A model generated the notes under the pieces. The model saw only the letters and a program-made list of their open reading frames with translations. It did not search any database and had not been told where the DNA came from. The position numbers were made by a program, and so were the translations under genes. Below, piece by piece: positions 26,738-35,752 of a stretch of 64,000 bases of DNA (position 1 is the first letter of the stretch; every line of letters starts with the position of its first letter). The stretch comes from Eubacteriales bacterium. GTDB taxonomy: Bacteria > Bacillota > Clostridia > Oscillospirales > CAG-272. Location of the stretch: assembly GCA_045128735.1 (NCBI GenBank), contig JBGVRT010000007.1, forward strand, positions 31,003 through 95,002, in the 5' to 3' direction.

Positions 26738-28090
26738 ATGGAGAAGAACAGCACAGTTGGTGCAGTGAAGATCAATGCGCTTTTTGATGCAGGCACGTTT
26801 GTTGAGCTCGGTTCTTACGTTCGCAGAAATGGCAATCCCGAGGAGTACGAGGGTGTTGTTTGCGGTTACGGAGCAATCGACGGCAAGCTTGTTTTCGCAT
26901 TCTCGCAGGATAGCGACAGAATGAAGGGCGCTTTCGATGAGATTCACGCAAAGAAAATCGAAAAACTTTATGAAATGGCAATCAGGAACGGAGCTCCCGT
27001 TGTTGCATTGCTTGATAGCGCAGGCGCGCTTATTTACGATGGAGCGGCAGCTCTTTCGGGTTACGGACGCGTTATGAAATGCGTTTCGGATGCTTCTGGT
27101 GTGATTCCTCAGATAGCAATCGTTAACGGTATTTGCGCAGGTATGTCCGCAACTATCGCCGCAATGTTTGACCTTGTGGTTACCGCAGGGGACAAGGCTC
27201 AGCTTTACGTAAATCCTCCTTTTGTTCTCGGTAAGGAGAACGGAACTGCAGCTCACGCGGCAGCAACAGGTATTGTGGCTCTTACGACTGAGAACGAAGA
27301 TGCGGCTAATGAAAAGGTACGCGAGCTTATCGCTCTTATTCCTTCCAATAACGCCGAGGGCACTACTCTCGAAGTTAATGAGGATGACCTTAACAGAACT
27401 GTTAGCGCACAGGGAAGCGCTGAGGAGATTATCACTGAAATTGCCGATTGCAATAAGTTCGTTAAGCTTTACGCGGATTATGCTCCCGAGATGATCGTTG
27501 GTATTGCAAGCTTTGGCGGAATCGGTACGGGCGTTGTTTATGCTAACGGAAAGATAGGCGTTGGCGGTGCAAGAAAAGCTGCAAAGTTTGTTTCTATGTG
27601 CGACAGCTTCAATATTCCCGTGCTTACTCTCGTTGACAGTGAGGGCGTTGCATGTGATAAGGAATCTGAGAATGCCCCTCTTGCAAGTGAGCTTGCAAAG
27701 CTGGCGTTTGCATATACAGCGGCTAAGAACGCAAAGGTCACCGTTGTTGTTGGCAAGGCTTACGGTGCGGCTTATACGCTTATGGGCTCCAAGTCTGTTG
27801 GTGCGGATATCGCGTTTGCACTTGAAAGTGCTTGCATCAGTATTCTTCCTCCCGAGGCGGCAGTTGCTTTTGCTTGGAATGATAAGATCACTGCGGACAA
27901 GTCCCGCGAGGACCTTGAAAACGAGTGGAAAGAGAAGTGCGCTTCTCCCGTTGATGCGGCTGAGAAGGGTGAGATAGACGATATAATCGAAAATGCTGAG
28001 CTTCGTCAGAGAATTTGTGCCGCTCTCGGCATGATGTTCTCTAAGACAGACGTTGCTCCCACTCGCCGTCACGCAAATATGCCTCTTTAA
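26738..28090 (+). CDS. Acyl-CoA carboxyltransferase-domain protein (MmdA-like, divergent)
   Basis: LFDAGTFVELG, EGVVCGYGAIDG, SGVIPQI, CDSFNIPVLTLVD, KAYGAAY, RRHANMPL. Confidence 0.85.
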   Translation: MEKNSTVGAVKINALFDAGTFVELGSYVRRNGNPEEYEGVVCGYGAIDGKLVFAFSQDSDRMKGAFDEIHAKKIEKLYEMAIRNGAPVVALLDSAGALIYDGAAALSGYGRVMKCVSDASGVIPQIAIVNGICAGMSATIAAMFDLVVTAGDKAQLYVNPPFVLGKENGTAAHAAATGIVALTTENEDAANEKVRELIALIPSNNAEGTTLEVNEDDLNRTVSAQGSAEEIITEIADCNKFVKLYADYAPEMIVGIASFGGIGTGVVYANGKIGVGGARKAAKFVSMCDSFNIPVLTLVDSEGVACDKESENAPLASELAKLAFAYTAAKNAKVTVVVGKAYGAAYTLMGSKSVGADIAFALESACISILPPEAAVAFAWNDKITADKSREDLENEWKEKCASPVDAAEKGEIDDIIENAELRQRICAALGMMFSKTDVAPTRRHANMPL

Positions 28091-28107
28091 TTATAGGAGG
28101 ATATACA

Positions 28108-28539
28108 ATGGAAAATACAGTATTGAACGACGTTGTAAGCGACGTAGCTCAGGTGGTTAACGCAACCGAGAATCTCGGCGGAGCGTTCTCTCCCGAGCGC
28201 TGGGCATATGCAGGTCAGATGACTCTGCTCGGTATGGTAATGGTTTTCTCTGTGCTCGCTATCCTTTGGGGAGTTCTTGCTATATTCGAAAAAGCAATGG
28301 CGCAGGGAACTGAAAAACCTGCTGAAAAGCCCGCAGAGGTTTCTGTCACTGCTCCCGTAGCAGAGGCGGCACCCGTCGCATCATCGTCGGATGATGAAGT
28401 AATTGCGGCAGTTATTGCCGCGGCTGTTGCGGCTTATATGGCGGCTGAGGGTAACACCGATGGCTCGTATAACGGCGGCTTCAGAGTTGTGTCCTTCCGC
28501 AGAGTTCAGGGCGGTAAGGCTTGGAATTCAAAATATTGA
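28108..28539 (+). CDS. oadG: Na+-translocating decarboxylase gamma/delta subunit (OadG family)
   Basis: LLGMVMVFSVLAIL TM helix, Ala/Pro linker, VIAAVIAAAVAAY. Confidence 0.85.
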   Translation: MENTVLNDVVSDVAQVVNATENLGGAFSPERWAYAGQMTLLGMVMVFSVLAILWGVLAIFEKAMAQGTEKPAEKPAEVSVTAPVAEAAPVASSSDDEVIAAVIAAAVAAYMAAEGNTDGSYNGGFRVVSFRRVQGGKAWNSKY

Positions 28540-28562
28540 TTTGAAAGGGTTAGGTACAAATA

Positions 28563-28952
28563 ATGAAAACTTATAACATCACAATAAATGGCGTAACCTA
28601 CGCAGTCGAGGTTGAAGAGGTTGGCACAGTGGCGTCTGCTCCCGTTGCCGCTCCCGTAGCTCCCGCAGCAGCTCCTGCTGCACCTAAGGCGGCTCCCGTA
28701 GCAGCTCCTGCAGCTCCCAAGGCATCAGGTAAGGCAGGCTCTGTAGTTATCAAGGCTCCCATGCCCGGTAACATTATGAAAGTTAACGTTAAGCCCGGTG
28801 ATGCAGTAAAGAAGGGCGACGTTCTTGTAGTTCTTGAGGCTATGAAGATGGAAAACGACGTTTGTGCTCCCGAGGACGGAACAGTTGCAAGCGTTGACGT
28901 TGCAAAGGGTGCAACAGTAGAGACCGACGCTGTTCTCGTAACTCTTAACTGA
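28563..28952 (+). CDS. Biotin carboxyl carrier protein
   Basis: APMPG, LEAMKMEN biotinylation motif, Ala/Pro linker. Confidence 0.95.
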   Translation: MKTYNITINGVTYAVEVEEVGTVASAPVAAPVAPAAAPAAPKAAPVAAPAAPKASGKAGSVVIKAPMPGNIMKVNVKPGDAVKKGDVLVVLEAMKMENDVCAPEDGTVASVDVAKGATVETDAVLVTLN

Positions 28953-28996
28953 TTTTCTGAAACAATAAAAATCTATTGAAAGGAAAACAGTAAGAA

Positions 28997-30178
28997 ATGC
29001 TTGATAGTTTTGTAAAATTCCTGGAAACAACAGGCGTTGCGAGATTGTTTAGCGAACCTGATTGGTGGAAGACCGCCATAATGTTCGTTATAGCAGGCGT
29101 ACTTGTTTATCTTGCTATAGTAAAGCAGTTTGAGCCTCTGCTCTTGCTTCCTATTGCCGTGGGTATGCTTCTTACAAACCTTCCCGGCGCAAATCTTTTC
29201 CATTTGGAATACTTTATTCAGACCGAAGTGGATTTCGGCGAGGTTCTTCATCACGGAGGACTTCTTGACCTTCTTTACCTCGGCGTTAAGCTTGGAATTT
29301 ATCCCTCGCTTATCTTTATTGGAATTGGCGCGATGACAGACTTTTCGCCCCTTATCTCAAACCCAAAGAGCCTGCTTATCGGTGCAGGCGCACAGTTTGG
29401 CGTGTTTGTTGCTTTTTCGGCGGCACTTCTTTCGGGCGCATTTACTCCCGAGCAGGCAGCAGCTATCGGTATCATAGGCGGCGCGGACGGTCCTACGGCT
29501 ATTCTTGTAACAAAGACGCTTGCGCCCGCACTTCTCGGTGCTATCGCTATCGCGGCGTACAGCTATATGGCTCTTATCCCTATGATACAGCCTCCCTTTA
29601 TGAAGATGCTCACGAATAAGAAAGAGCGTCAGATAAAGATGACAACTCTTCGTCAGGTCTCCAAGACCGAGAAGATACTTTTCCCCCTTATCGTTACCTT
29701 CGTTGTCGGTATGATCGTTCCCGACGCTGTTCCGCTTGTAGGATGTCTTATGTTCGGTAACCTCCTTAACGTTTGCGGAGTTACTGACAGACTTTCCAAA
29801 ACGGCGCAGAACGAGCTTATGAATATCGTTACGATATTCCTCGGTATTACCGTCGGAGCTACTGCAAGCGCAGAGAACTTCCTTCGCGGCGAGACTATCC
29901 TTATTATCGTATGTGGTCTTGTAGCCTTCTGCATTTCTACTTGCGGAGGACTTATCACAGCTAAGATAATGAACTGGATATCGGGCGGAAAGATCAACCC
30001 TCTTATCGGTTCTGCAGGTGTTTCGGCAGTTCCGATGGCGGCTCGCGTATCGCAAAAGGTCGGACAGCAGGAGGATCCCTCCAACTTCCTTCTTATGCAC
30101 GCAATGGGTCCAAACGTTGCCGGTGTTATCGGTTCTGCGGTTGCCGCAGGTGTGTTCCTGTCTTGGTTTGCCGCGTGA
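28997..30178 (+). CDS. oadB: Na+-translocating decarboxylase beta subunit
   Basis: [45 protein letters not shown]. Confidence 0.96.
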   Translation: MLDSFVKFLETTGVARLFSEPDWWKTAIMFVIAGVLVYLAIVKQFEPLLLLPIAVGMLLTNLPGANLFHLEYFIQTEVDFGEVLHHGGLLDLLYLGVKLGIYPSLIFIGIGAMTDFSPLISNPKSLLIGAGAQFGVFVAFSAALLSGAFTPEQAAAIGIIGGADGPTAILVTKTLAPALLGAIAIAAYSYMALIPMIQPPFMKMLTNKKERQIKMTTLRQVSKTEKILFPLIVTFVVGMIVPDAVPLVGCLMFGNLLNVCGVTDRLSKTAQNELMNIVTIFLGITVGATASAENFLRGETILIIVCGLVAFCISTCGGLITAKIMNWISGGKINPLIGSAGVSAVPMAARVSQKVGQQEDPSNFLLMHAMGPNVAGVIGSAVAAGVFLSWFAA

Positions 30179-30202
30179 ATGAATTTTTATGGAGGTATAT
30201 AA

Positions 30203-31600
30203 ATGGCAAAGGTAAAAATTACAGAAACAGTTTTGCGTGACTCTCATCAGTCACTTATTGCTACAAGAATGACTACCGAAGAGATGCTTCCCATTCTTGA
30301 GCAGCTTGATAAAGTCGGCTATCATTCTCTTGAGGCTTGGGGCGGTGCAACATTCGACTCTTGTATGAGATTCCTTAATGAGGATCCTTGGGAGCGACTT
30401 CGCAAAATCCGCGACAAGGTAAAGAATACAAAGCTCCAAATGCTTTTCAGAGGTCAGAATATTCTCGGCTACCGTCACTATTCGGATGACGTTGTTGAGT
30501 ACTTCGTACAGAAGTCTATCGCAAACGGCATTGATATTATCCGTATTTTCGATGCGCTTAACGACCCCAGAAACCTTAAAACGGCTATTGACGCAACCAA
30601 GAGAGAGAACGGTCACGTTCAGGCGGCTTTCAGCTATACAACGGGTCCCGTTTATACTCTTGACTACTATTCGCAGTATGCAAAGCAGCTTGAGGAGATG
30701 GGCGCTGATTCTATCTGCATCAAGGATATGGCGGGTCTGCTTAAGCCTTACGATGCATATGAGCTCGTTAAGACACTTAAGGAAAGCGTAAAGGTTCCGA
30801 TTCAGCTTCATACTCACTATACAGCAGGTCTTGCTTCCATGACCCTTCTCAAGGGTATTGAGGCAGGTGTTGATATTGTTGATACGGCAATTTCTCCTAT
30901 GGCTATGGGTACTTCACAGCCTCCCACGGAGACTCTTGTTGCAACTCTTGCAGGCACAGAGTATGATACGGGTATTGACCTTGCAGAGCTTGATAAGGTA
31001 ACTAAGTATTTCGCACCTCTTCGCGAGAAATATCTTGCTGAGGGTCTGCTTAACCCCAAGGCTCTTAACGTTGACGTTAATGCGCTTCTCTATCAGGTTC
31101 CCGGAGGAATGCTTTCCAACCTTATGTCTCAGCTTAAGCAGGCAGGTAAGGAAGATAAGCTTATCGAGGTTCTTGAGGAAGTTCCGCGCGTACGTGCTGA
31201 CGTAGGATATCCTCCTCTTGTAACTCCTTCTTCACAGATCGTTGGTACGCAGGCTGTGTTCAACGTTATCGGCGGCGAGAGATACAAGATGGTAACCAAG
31301 GAATTCAAGGGTATCGTTAAGGGTGAGTATGGTAAGACCCCCGTTGAGATCGATCCCGCATTTGTTAAGAAGATAATTGGTGACGATGAGAGAATTTCTT
31401 GCCGTCCCGCAGATGCTCTTAAGCCAGAGCTTGATGAGCTTCGCGCAAAGATCGCGAACTACATTGAGCAGGACGAGGACGTTCTTTCCTATGCTCTCTT
31501 TGAGCAGGTTGCAGTCAAGTTCTTTGAGTACAGAAAAGCTCAGAAATACGGACTTGACGGTGACAATGCGGATGCCGCACTCGGCGTTCACAGCGTATAA
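30203..31600 (+). CDS. oadA: Oxaloacetate decarboxylase alpha / pyruvate carboxyltransferase subunit (no biotin domain)
   Basis: LRDSHQSLIATR, WGGATFD, IKDMAG, LHTH, QVPGGM, PPLVTPSSQIVG. Confidence 0.93.
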   Translation: MAKVKITETVLRDSHQSLIATRMTTEEMLPILEQLDKVGYHSLEAWGGATFDSCMRFLNEDPWERLRKIRDKVKNTKLQMLFRGQNILGYRHYSDDVVEYFVQKSIANGIDIIRIFDALNDPRNLKTAIDATKRENGHVQAAFSYTTGPVYTLDYYSQYAKQLEEMGADSICIKDMAGLLKPYDAYELVKTLKESVKVPIQLHTHYTAGLASMTLLKGIEAGVDIVDTAISPMAMGTSQPPTETLVATLAGTEYDTGIDLAELDKVTKYFAPLREKYLAEGLLNPKALNVDVNALLYQVPGGMLSNLMSQLKQAGKEDKLIEVLEEVPRVRADVGYPPLVTPSSQIVGTQAVFNVIGGERYKMVTKEFKGIVKGEYGKTPVEIDPAFVKKIIGDDERISCRPADALKPELDELRAKIANYIEQDEDVLSYALFEQVAVKFFEYRKAQKYGLDGDNADAALGVHSV

Positions 31601-31609
31601 TTAAATTTT

Positions 31610-31641
31610 AAGGAGCTGTTCTGTGGAACAGCTCCTTTTTT
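31610..31641. terminator. Intrinsic terminator between oadA and convergent HNH gene
   Basis: AAGGAGCTGTTC-TGTG-GAACAGCTCCTTTTTT. Confidence 0.85.
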
Positions 31642-31661
31642 CGTAATAATAGTGATTCATA

Positions 31662-31916
31662 TTACTTTGGGTGATGTGTTTTCCAATGCTCTTTTCGTGA
31701 CATTAGTTGCAGATTTTTAGTTTTATTGTTGTGTTTGTCCCCGTCTATGTGGTGCACAATTTCGTTAGAACTCAACGGTCTACCTAATTTTTTACTCATT
31801 TTATGACGGTGTTCGGGAGCGTATCCATTATTGCGTGCCTCTGAACTATTGGGGCGGTATACTTGTTTGTATCCTTCTTTTGTATAATATGGGTCGTGTT
31901 TTTTGAAAATTCCCAT
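31662..31916 (-). CDS. Small HNH endonuclease (phage-like HNH_3 type)
   Basis: EHR..M...LGRPL...EIVHHIDGDKHNN...NLQLMSRKEH; own promoter TTGATT-17-TATAAT (31989-31961). Confidence 0.85.
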   Translation of the reverse strand: MGIFKKHDPYYTKEGYKQVYRPNSSEARNNGYAPEHRHKMSKKLGRPLSSNEIVHHIDGDKHNNKTKNLQLMSRKEHWKTHHPK

Positions 31917-32054
31917 AAAGGTCTCATTTCTTAAAAGAATTTTGAGATATTTACAACGATATTATAAAAGAACAATTTGAAGTAATCAATATTATTTGTT
32001 GTAATTTGTGTAAATGTTTTGTAAAATAGAAGCAACAAAAATTTTATGTTCGCT

Positions 32055-32894
32055 CTATTTGGCGATTGACTTTGCAATTTTGTAATATGCTCTGCACATC
32101 TCCTCGAAAATTTCAGGGGGTAATTTGGTAGAAGGAGAGGTTTCAAGCGAGAACACTCCGTCAAATCCGATTTCCTTAAGTGCATTACCGAATTCTGCCC
32201 AATCGATAACTCCGAAATATGGAGCCATATGCTTGTCGCCTTTGCCGTCGTTGTCGTGAACGTGGAGAACCTTAATCTCGCTTCCGAGACGACGAACCTC
32301 CTCGGCGAGATCAAGCTCGTCAAATACCGAAACGTGCCCCGTGTCAAGACATATCTTGAAGTTTTCGTCGTTTATCTCGCGCACGAATTTGAGAATTGCC
32401 TCTGGCTTTGAAAGCGGCAACTGCTTGAACGGCATATTTTCAAGGCAGATGGTAACACCCAAATCCTTTGCAAATTCCAGAAGCTCGCGCATAAATTTAA
32501 GGTTCAGCTCCCAAAATTCGCCGTCAAGCTCGGGAGGATTGTTGCATCCAAAGGGCATTATCGGGTGTATGACCCAATATTTGCATCCGAGCATGGAACA
32601 GGCGTAAATGCTTTTTTTCATTTTATCCATACGCTCGGCTCTGTCTTCGGGCGTATTGTCCTGAGGTGGATAACGCCACGGACCGTGCACCTGTGATATC
32701 TCTATTTCCGCGTCTTCTGCAAGCTTTCTTTGACGCAGAAGATATGCTGTGAAATCATCGTCAGACATTGAATATACGGGCTTTGTTGTATCGACAAAAT
32801 CAAAGTCTACGGCGGAGTATCCGATAGCGGCCAATTTCTTGTAGCCGTCGTCTCCCAAATAGTTGTATGCGGGCGATGTAATTCCTATTTTCAT
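32055..32894 (-). CDS. Sugar phosphate isomerase/epimerase (xylose isomerase-like TIM barrel)
   Basis: CLENM, CLDTGH, LHVHDNDG, SLE metal ligands. Confidence 0.88.
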   Translation of the reverse strand: MKIGITSPAYNYLGDDGYKKLAAIGYSAVDFDFVDTTKPVYSMSDDDFTAYLLRQRKLAEDAEIEISQVHGPWRYPPQDNTPEDRAERMDKMKKSIYACSMLGCKYWVIHPIMPFGCNNPPELDGEFWELNLKFMRELLEFAKDLGVTICLENMPFKQLPLSKPEAILKFVREINDENFKICLDTGHVSVFDELDLAEEVRRLGSEIKVLHVHDNDGKGDKHMAPYFGVIDWAEFGNALKEIGFDGVFSLETSPSTKLPPEIFEEMCRAYYKIAKSIAK

Positions 32895-32905
32895 AAATAC
32901 CTCTC

Positions 32906-34297
32906 TTATATAAGCTCAAAGCCGTGTATTGACGTTGAATTTACGCCATTGTATGTAAAGAACAGGGAGTGGACTCCCGCGGGGATTTTGATTTGTGCCG
33001 AGACTGTCTCCCAAACATTTGCCCTTCTTGTGGGGATTTTTGCGAGAATTTCACCGTTAAGTGCTGTTCTTACTTCGAACTCACCTATTCCGTAGCCTCT
33101 GATCCAAAGCTTTATTTCCTTTGTTGTACCGTCAAAATCAAAGTTTTTGAATCCTACCGTACAGCCGTTTGTTATGTCAGCAACGTGACCAAGAATTTCG
33201 TCGCCGTCCTTGCCGTCTTGCGTAATTTTGGGGAATGAATTTTGATTGTAATTTGCCGAGAAAACGTAGCAAGCAATGTGTGCAGGGTAGAAACCCTTAC
33301 CTTCAAGAGGACCGCCGTTAAGCCCGCATGAGGATATTTCAGCCTGTGTAAAGCTTCCGTCGGGATTCATAGTTATTTTTTCGGCGCATCCCTGACGGCT
33401 GTATGATGTTTTGTTTGTCTGTCTGTGATAGAAAATGTAATATTCACCGTTTATAAGTTCAACGCTTCCGTGATTGTTTCCGCTGTGTCTCATCTTAACG
33501 TCGGCGGGTTTATATGTATCAATGTTGAAGTCGGCGTTGCTTATGAGAATACCACCGTACTTAAAGCCCTCAGTTGGAGAATCACTTGTTGCGTAACAAA
33601 GCTCGTGGCAAACGTCGGATGAATATATAAAGTAATACTTTCCGTTAAATTTTCTTATTGAGGACGCCTCAAAAAATTCGTGGCTTTTGTATTCTTCAAG
33701 GCTAAGCTCATTGCCATTATATGAAACAGATGGAACGATAAGCTTCGGTTTTTCGATAATGGTAATCATATCCTTGTCAAGTGTGGTAGCAATTGCACCC
33801 GGTCCTCTGTGACGGCCGAATCCCGTGTAAAGATAGGTCTTGTCGCCCTCGGTCATAACTCCGGGGTCAAATTGAGGATAATCACCTGCGCATCTGCCGT
33901 AAGGAGTTCCGTCCGGATGGTGAACGTATCCGTAGAATTTGTATTTGCCTGCAGGGCTGTCGCATACTGCAACCGAAACAATGTCCTCCATGTCAAGCAC
34001 GTAATATAGATAGTACCTGCCATCGGGACCTTGAGTTACGTCGGGAGCATACATATTCATTCTGCCGTCTTTGTTTAGCGGGTCAGATGTTTTGGGATAG
34101 ATAACTCCTTCATAGCGCCAATCGGTAAGGTCATCGACAGGGGCAGAATAGCATATGTAGTCTCCAATACAGAACGCCCAACCGTTGAAGATATCGTGTG
34201 AACCGTAAACATAAACACGGTCGCCGAAAACGTGGGGCTCTCCGTCGGGAACGTACTCCCACGAAGGCATATAGGGATTAAAAATTTGTTTTTTCAT
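32906..34297 (-). CDS. GH43 beta-xylosidase/arabinofuranosidase with C-terminal CBM6-like module
   Basis: PDGEPHVFGDRVYVYGSHD, YAPD, FDPG, FFEASS, GNNHGS; no signal peptide. Confidence 0.88.
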   Translation of the reverse strand: MKKQIFNPYMPSWEYVPDGEPHVFGDRVYVYGSHDIFNGWAFCIGDYICYSAPVDDLTDWRYEGVIYPKTSDPLNKDGRMNMYAPDVTQGPDGRYYLYYVLDMEDIVSVAVCDSPAGKYKFYGYVHHPDGTPYGRCAGDYPQFDPGVMTEGDKTYLYTGFGRHRGPGAIATTLDKDMITIIEKPKLIVPSVSYNGNELSLEEYKSHEFFEASSIRKFNGKYYFIYSSDVCHELCYATSDSPTEGFKYGGILISNADFNIDTYKPADVKMRHSGNNHGSVELINGEYYIFYHRQTNKTSYSRQGCAEKITMNPDGSFTQAEISSCGLNGGPLEGKGFYPAHIACYVFSANYNQNSFPKITQDGKDGDEILGHVADITNGCTVGFKNFDFDGTTKEIKLWIRGYGIGEFEVRTALNGEILAKIPTRRANVWETVSAQIKIPAGVHSLFFTYNGVNSTSIHGFELI

Positions 34298-34401
34298 TTT
34301 CCTACTCCTTTGCTTTTCATATCTTCATTCTACTATAAGGTGAGTGGAAAGTCAATATAATTCTCTGAAATTATGCATAAAATTTTAAGGCTTTAATAAC
34401 C

Positions 34402-34431
34402 AAAAAGGCAGGCTTTATAAGCCTGCCTTTT
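34402..34431. terminator. Intrinsic terminator, probably the original tRNA-Leu terminator
   Basis: AAAAAGGCAGGCTT-TAT-AAGCCTGCCTTTT next to the IS left end. Confidence 0.75.
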
Positions 34432-34435
34432 CGGT

Positions 34436-35143
34436 TGTATAACGAAAACCACGCGATAGTCGCGTGGTTCAATAGAGGTTAACCGATGAGACAAAATCCT
34501 CCAAATATGATATAATTAGTTCGACCTGCCAGTCAAAACTAAAAAACATATTTGGAGGATTTATCTATGAAGAATGTACCCATAGACAATAATAGTATAG
34601 CACATACAAGCTGGAATTGCAAGTACCATATTGTATTTGCGCCAAAATATAGGCGAAAAGTATTTTTCGCCGAAAAGCGATTAGAGATACGAGAAATACT
34701 CCGCCAACTCTGCCAATGGAAAGGAGTAGAAATAATTGAAGGAGAGGTGTGCCCAGACCACATACATATGCTGGTCAGTATCCCGCCCAAAATGAGCGTT
34801 TCGGGGTTCATGGGATACCTCAAAGGAAAAAGTGCATTGCAGATATTCCAGAAATATGGAAATATGAAGTTCGCATACCGAAACCGCGAATTTTGGTGTA
34901 AGGGATATTACGTTGATACCGTGGGGAAGAACACAAAGGCAATAAAGCAGTATATTGCAGATCAATTGAAAAGGGATCAAGAAAGCGACCAGTTAGCGAT
35001 GTTCGACCCACGGGACCCATTTATGGGTAGTAAGTAATAATTGCATGGCTGGCAGGCCAATCTAAAGCGCACTTGTGCGCCGCCAGTATTATTAGGGCTA
35101 TGCCCGAAAATGAAATACCACCCGCTACGCGGGTGGATATTTA
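34436..35143 (+). mobile_element. IS200-like element (IS200/IS605 family, tnpA only); ends approximate
   Basis: Subterminal hairpins AACCACGCGA-TAG-TCGCGTGGTT (34447-34469) and CCACCCGC-TAC-GCGGGTGG (35118-35136) flank a Y1 transposase; no TIRs. Confidence 0.88.
34567..35037 (+). CDS. tnpA: IS200/IS605 family Y1 HUH transposase
   Basis: CKYHIVFAPKYRRK, DHIHML (HUH), KGKS, FWCKGYYVDTVG, YIADQ catalytic Tyr. Confidence 0.96.
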   Translation: MKNVPIDNNSIAHTSWNCKYHIVFAPKYRRKVFFAEKRLEIREILRQLCQWKGVEIIEGEVCPDHIHMLVSIPPKMSVSGFMGYLKGKSALQIFQKYGNMKFAYRNREFWCKGYYVDTVGKNTKAIKQYIADQLKRDQESDQLAMFDPRDPFMGSK

Positions 35144-35145
35144 TT

Positions 35146-35230
35146 TGGTGCGGGAGACGGGAATTGAACCCGTACGATTCTCACCACACGCCCCTCAAAC
35201 GTGCGCGTCTGCCAGTTCCGCCACTCCCGC
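35146..35230 (-). tRNA. tRNA-Leu(GAG)
   Basis: GCGGGAGTGGCGGAACTGGCAGACGCGCACGT-TTGAGGG-GCGTG...GGTTCAATTCC...CTCCCGCACCA; 85 nt, long variable arm, encoded CCA. Confidence 0.95.
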
Positions 35231-35383
35231 GAGAACATTTCTATTATACCACTTTTTTATCTTTTGTCAATACCTTTTTGAAAAAAAGTGTAAAAAAATA
35301 GCTAAGTTTTTAATTACATATTGAAATTCCGTAAAAAAGTGATATAATTATAGTAGATTATTGTGTTCGGAGAGAAAAAGGCT

Positions 35384-35752
35384 ATGAAAACGAGAATTTG
35401 CATAAATGATTTTATAGCGGTTGCGGCAGTGTTACTTGTCGCTCTTGCACTTTTTCTCGCACCTTTGTCGGCGAGTAATTCCGCAAAATATGTTAAGATA
35501 ATTGCAGACGGTGAAGAACAGCTTGTTTCGGTTTATGAGGATAAAGAATACGTCATAAATTCAAACGGCCATTCCCTCACAGTTAGAGTTGAAAACGGAG
35601 AGGCTTCGATATTGCATTCCACTTGTCCCGACAAGGTTTGCGTAAATAGCGGGAAGATAAATCGCGGAGGCGAGGTCGTTGTTTGCGCTCCTGCGCTTGT
35701 CAGCATTGAAATAGTTGGAGAAACGGAGGAGTTTGATTATGCGGTTGGCTGA
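35384..35752 (+). CDS. NusG domain II-containing membrane-anchored protein
   Basis: N-terminal TM helix; STCPDKVCVNSGKI...VVCAP. Confidence 0.85.
   Translation: MKTRICINDFIAVAAVLLVALALFLAPLSASNSAKYVKIIADGEEQLVSVYEDKEYVINSNGHSLTVRVENGEASILHSTCPDKVCVNSGKINRGGEVVVCAPALVSIEIVGETEEFDYAVG

Noticed and set aside
28630-28725. GCTCCC/GCAGCT short repeats
   Set aside because: Encode the ordinary Ala/Pro linker of the biotin carrier; not CRISPR or a contingency repeat
35038-35145. TnpB/IscB nuclease or IStron associated with the IS200
   Set aside because: Only about 100 bp between tnpA stop and right end; no RuvC ORF and no group I intron core recognisable; the 35041-35301 and 35073-35324 ORFs just span the tRNA
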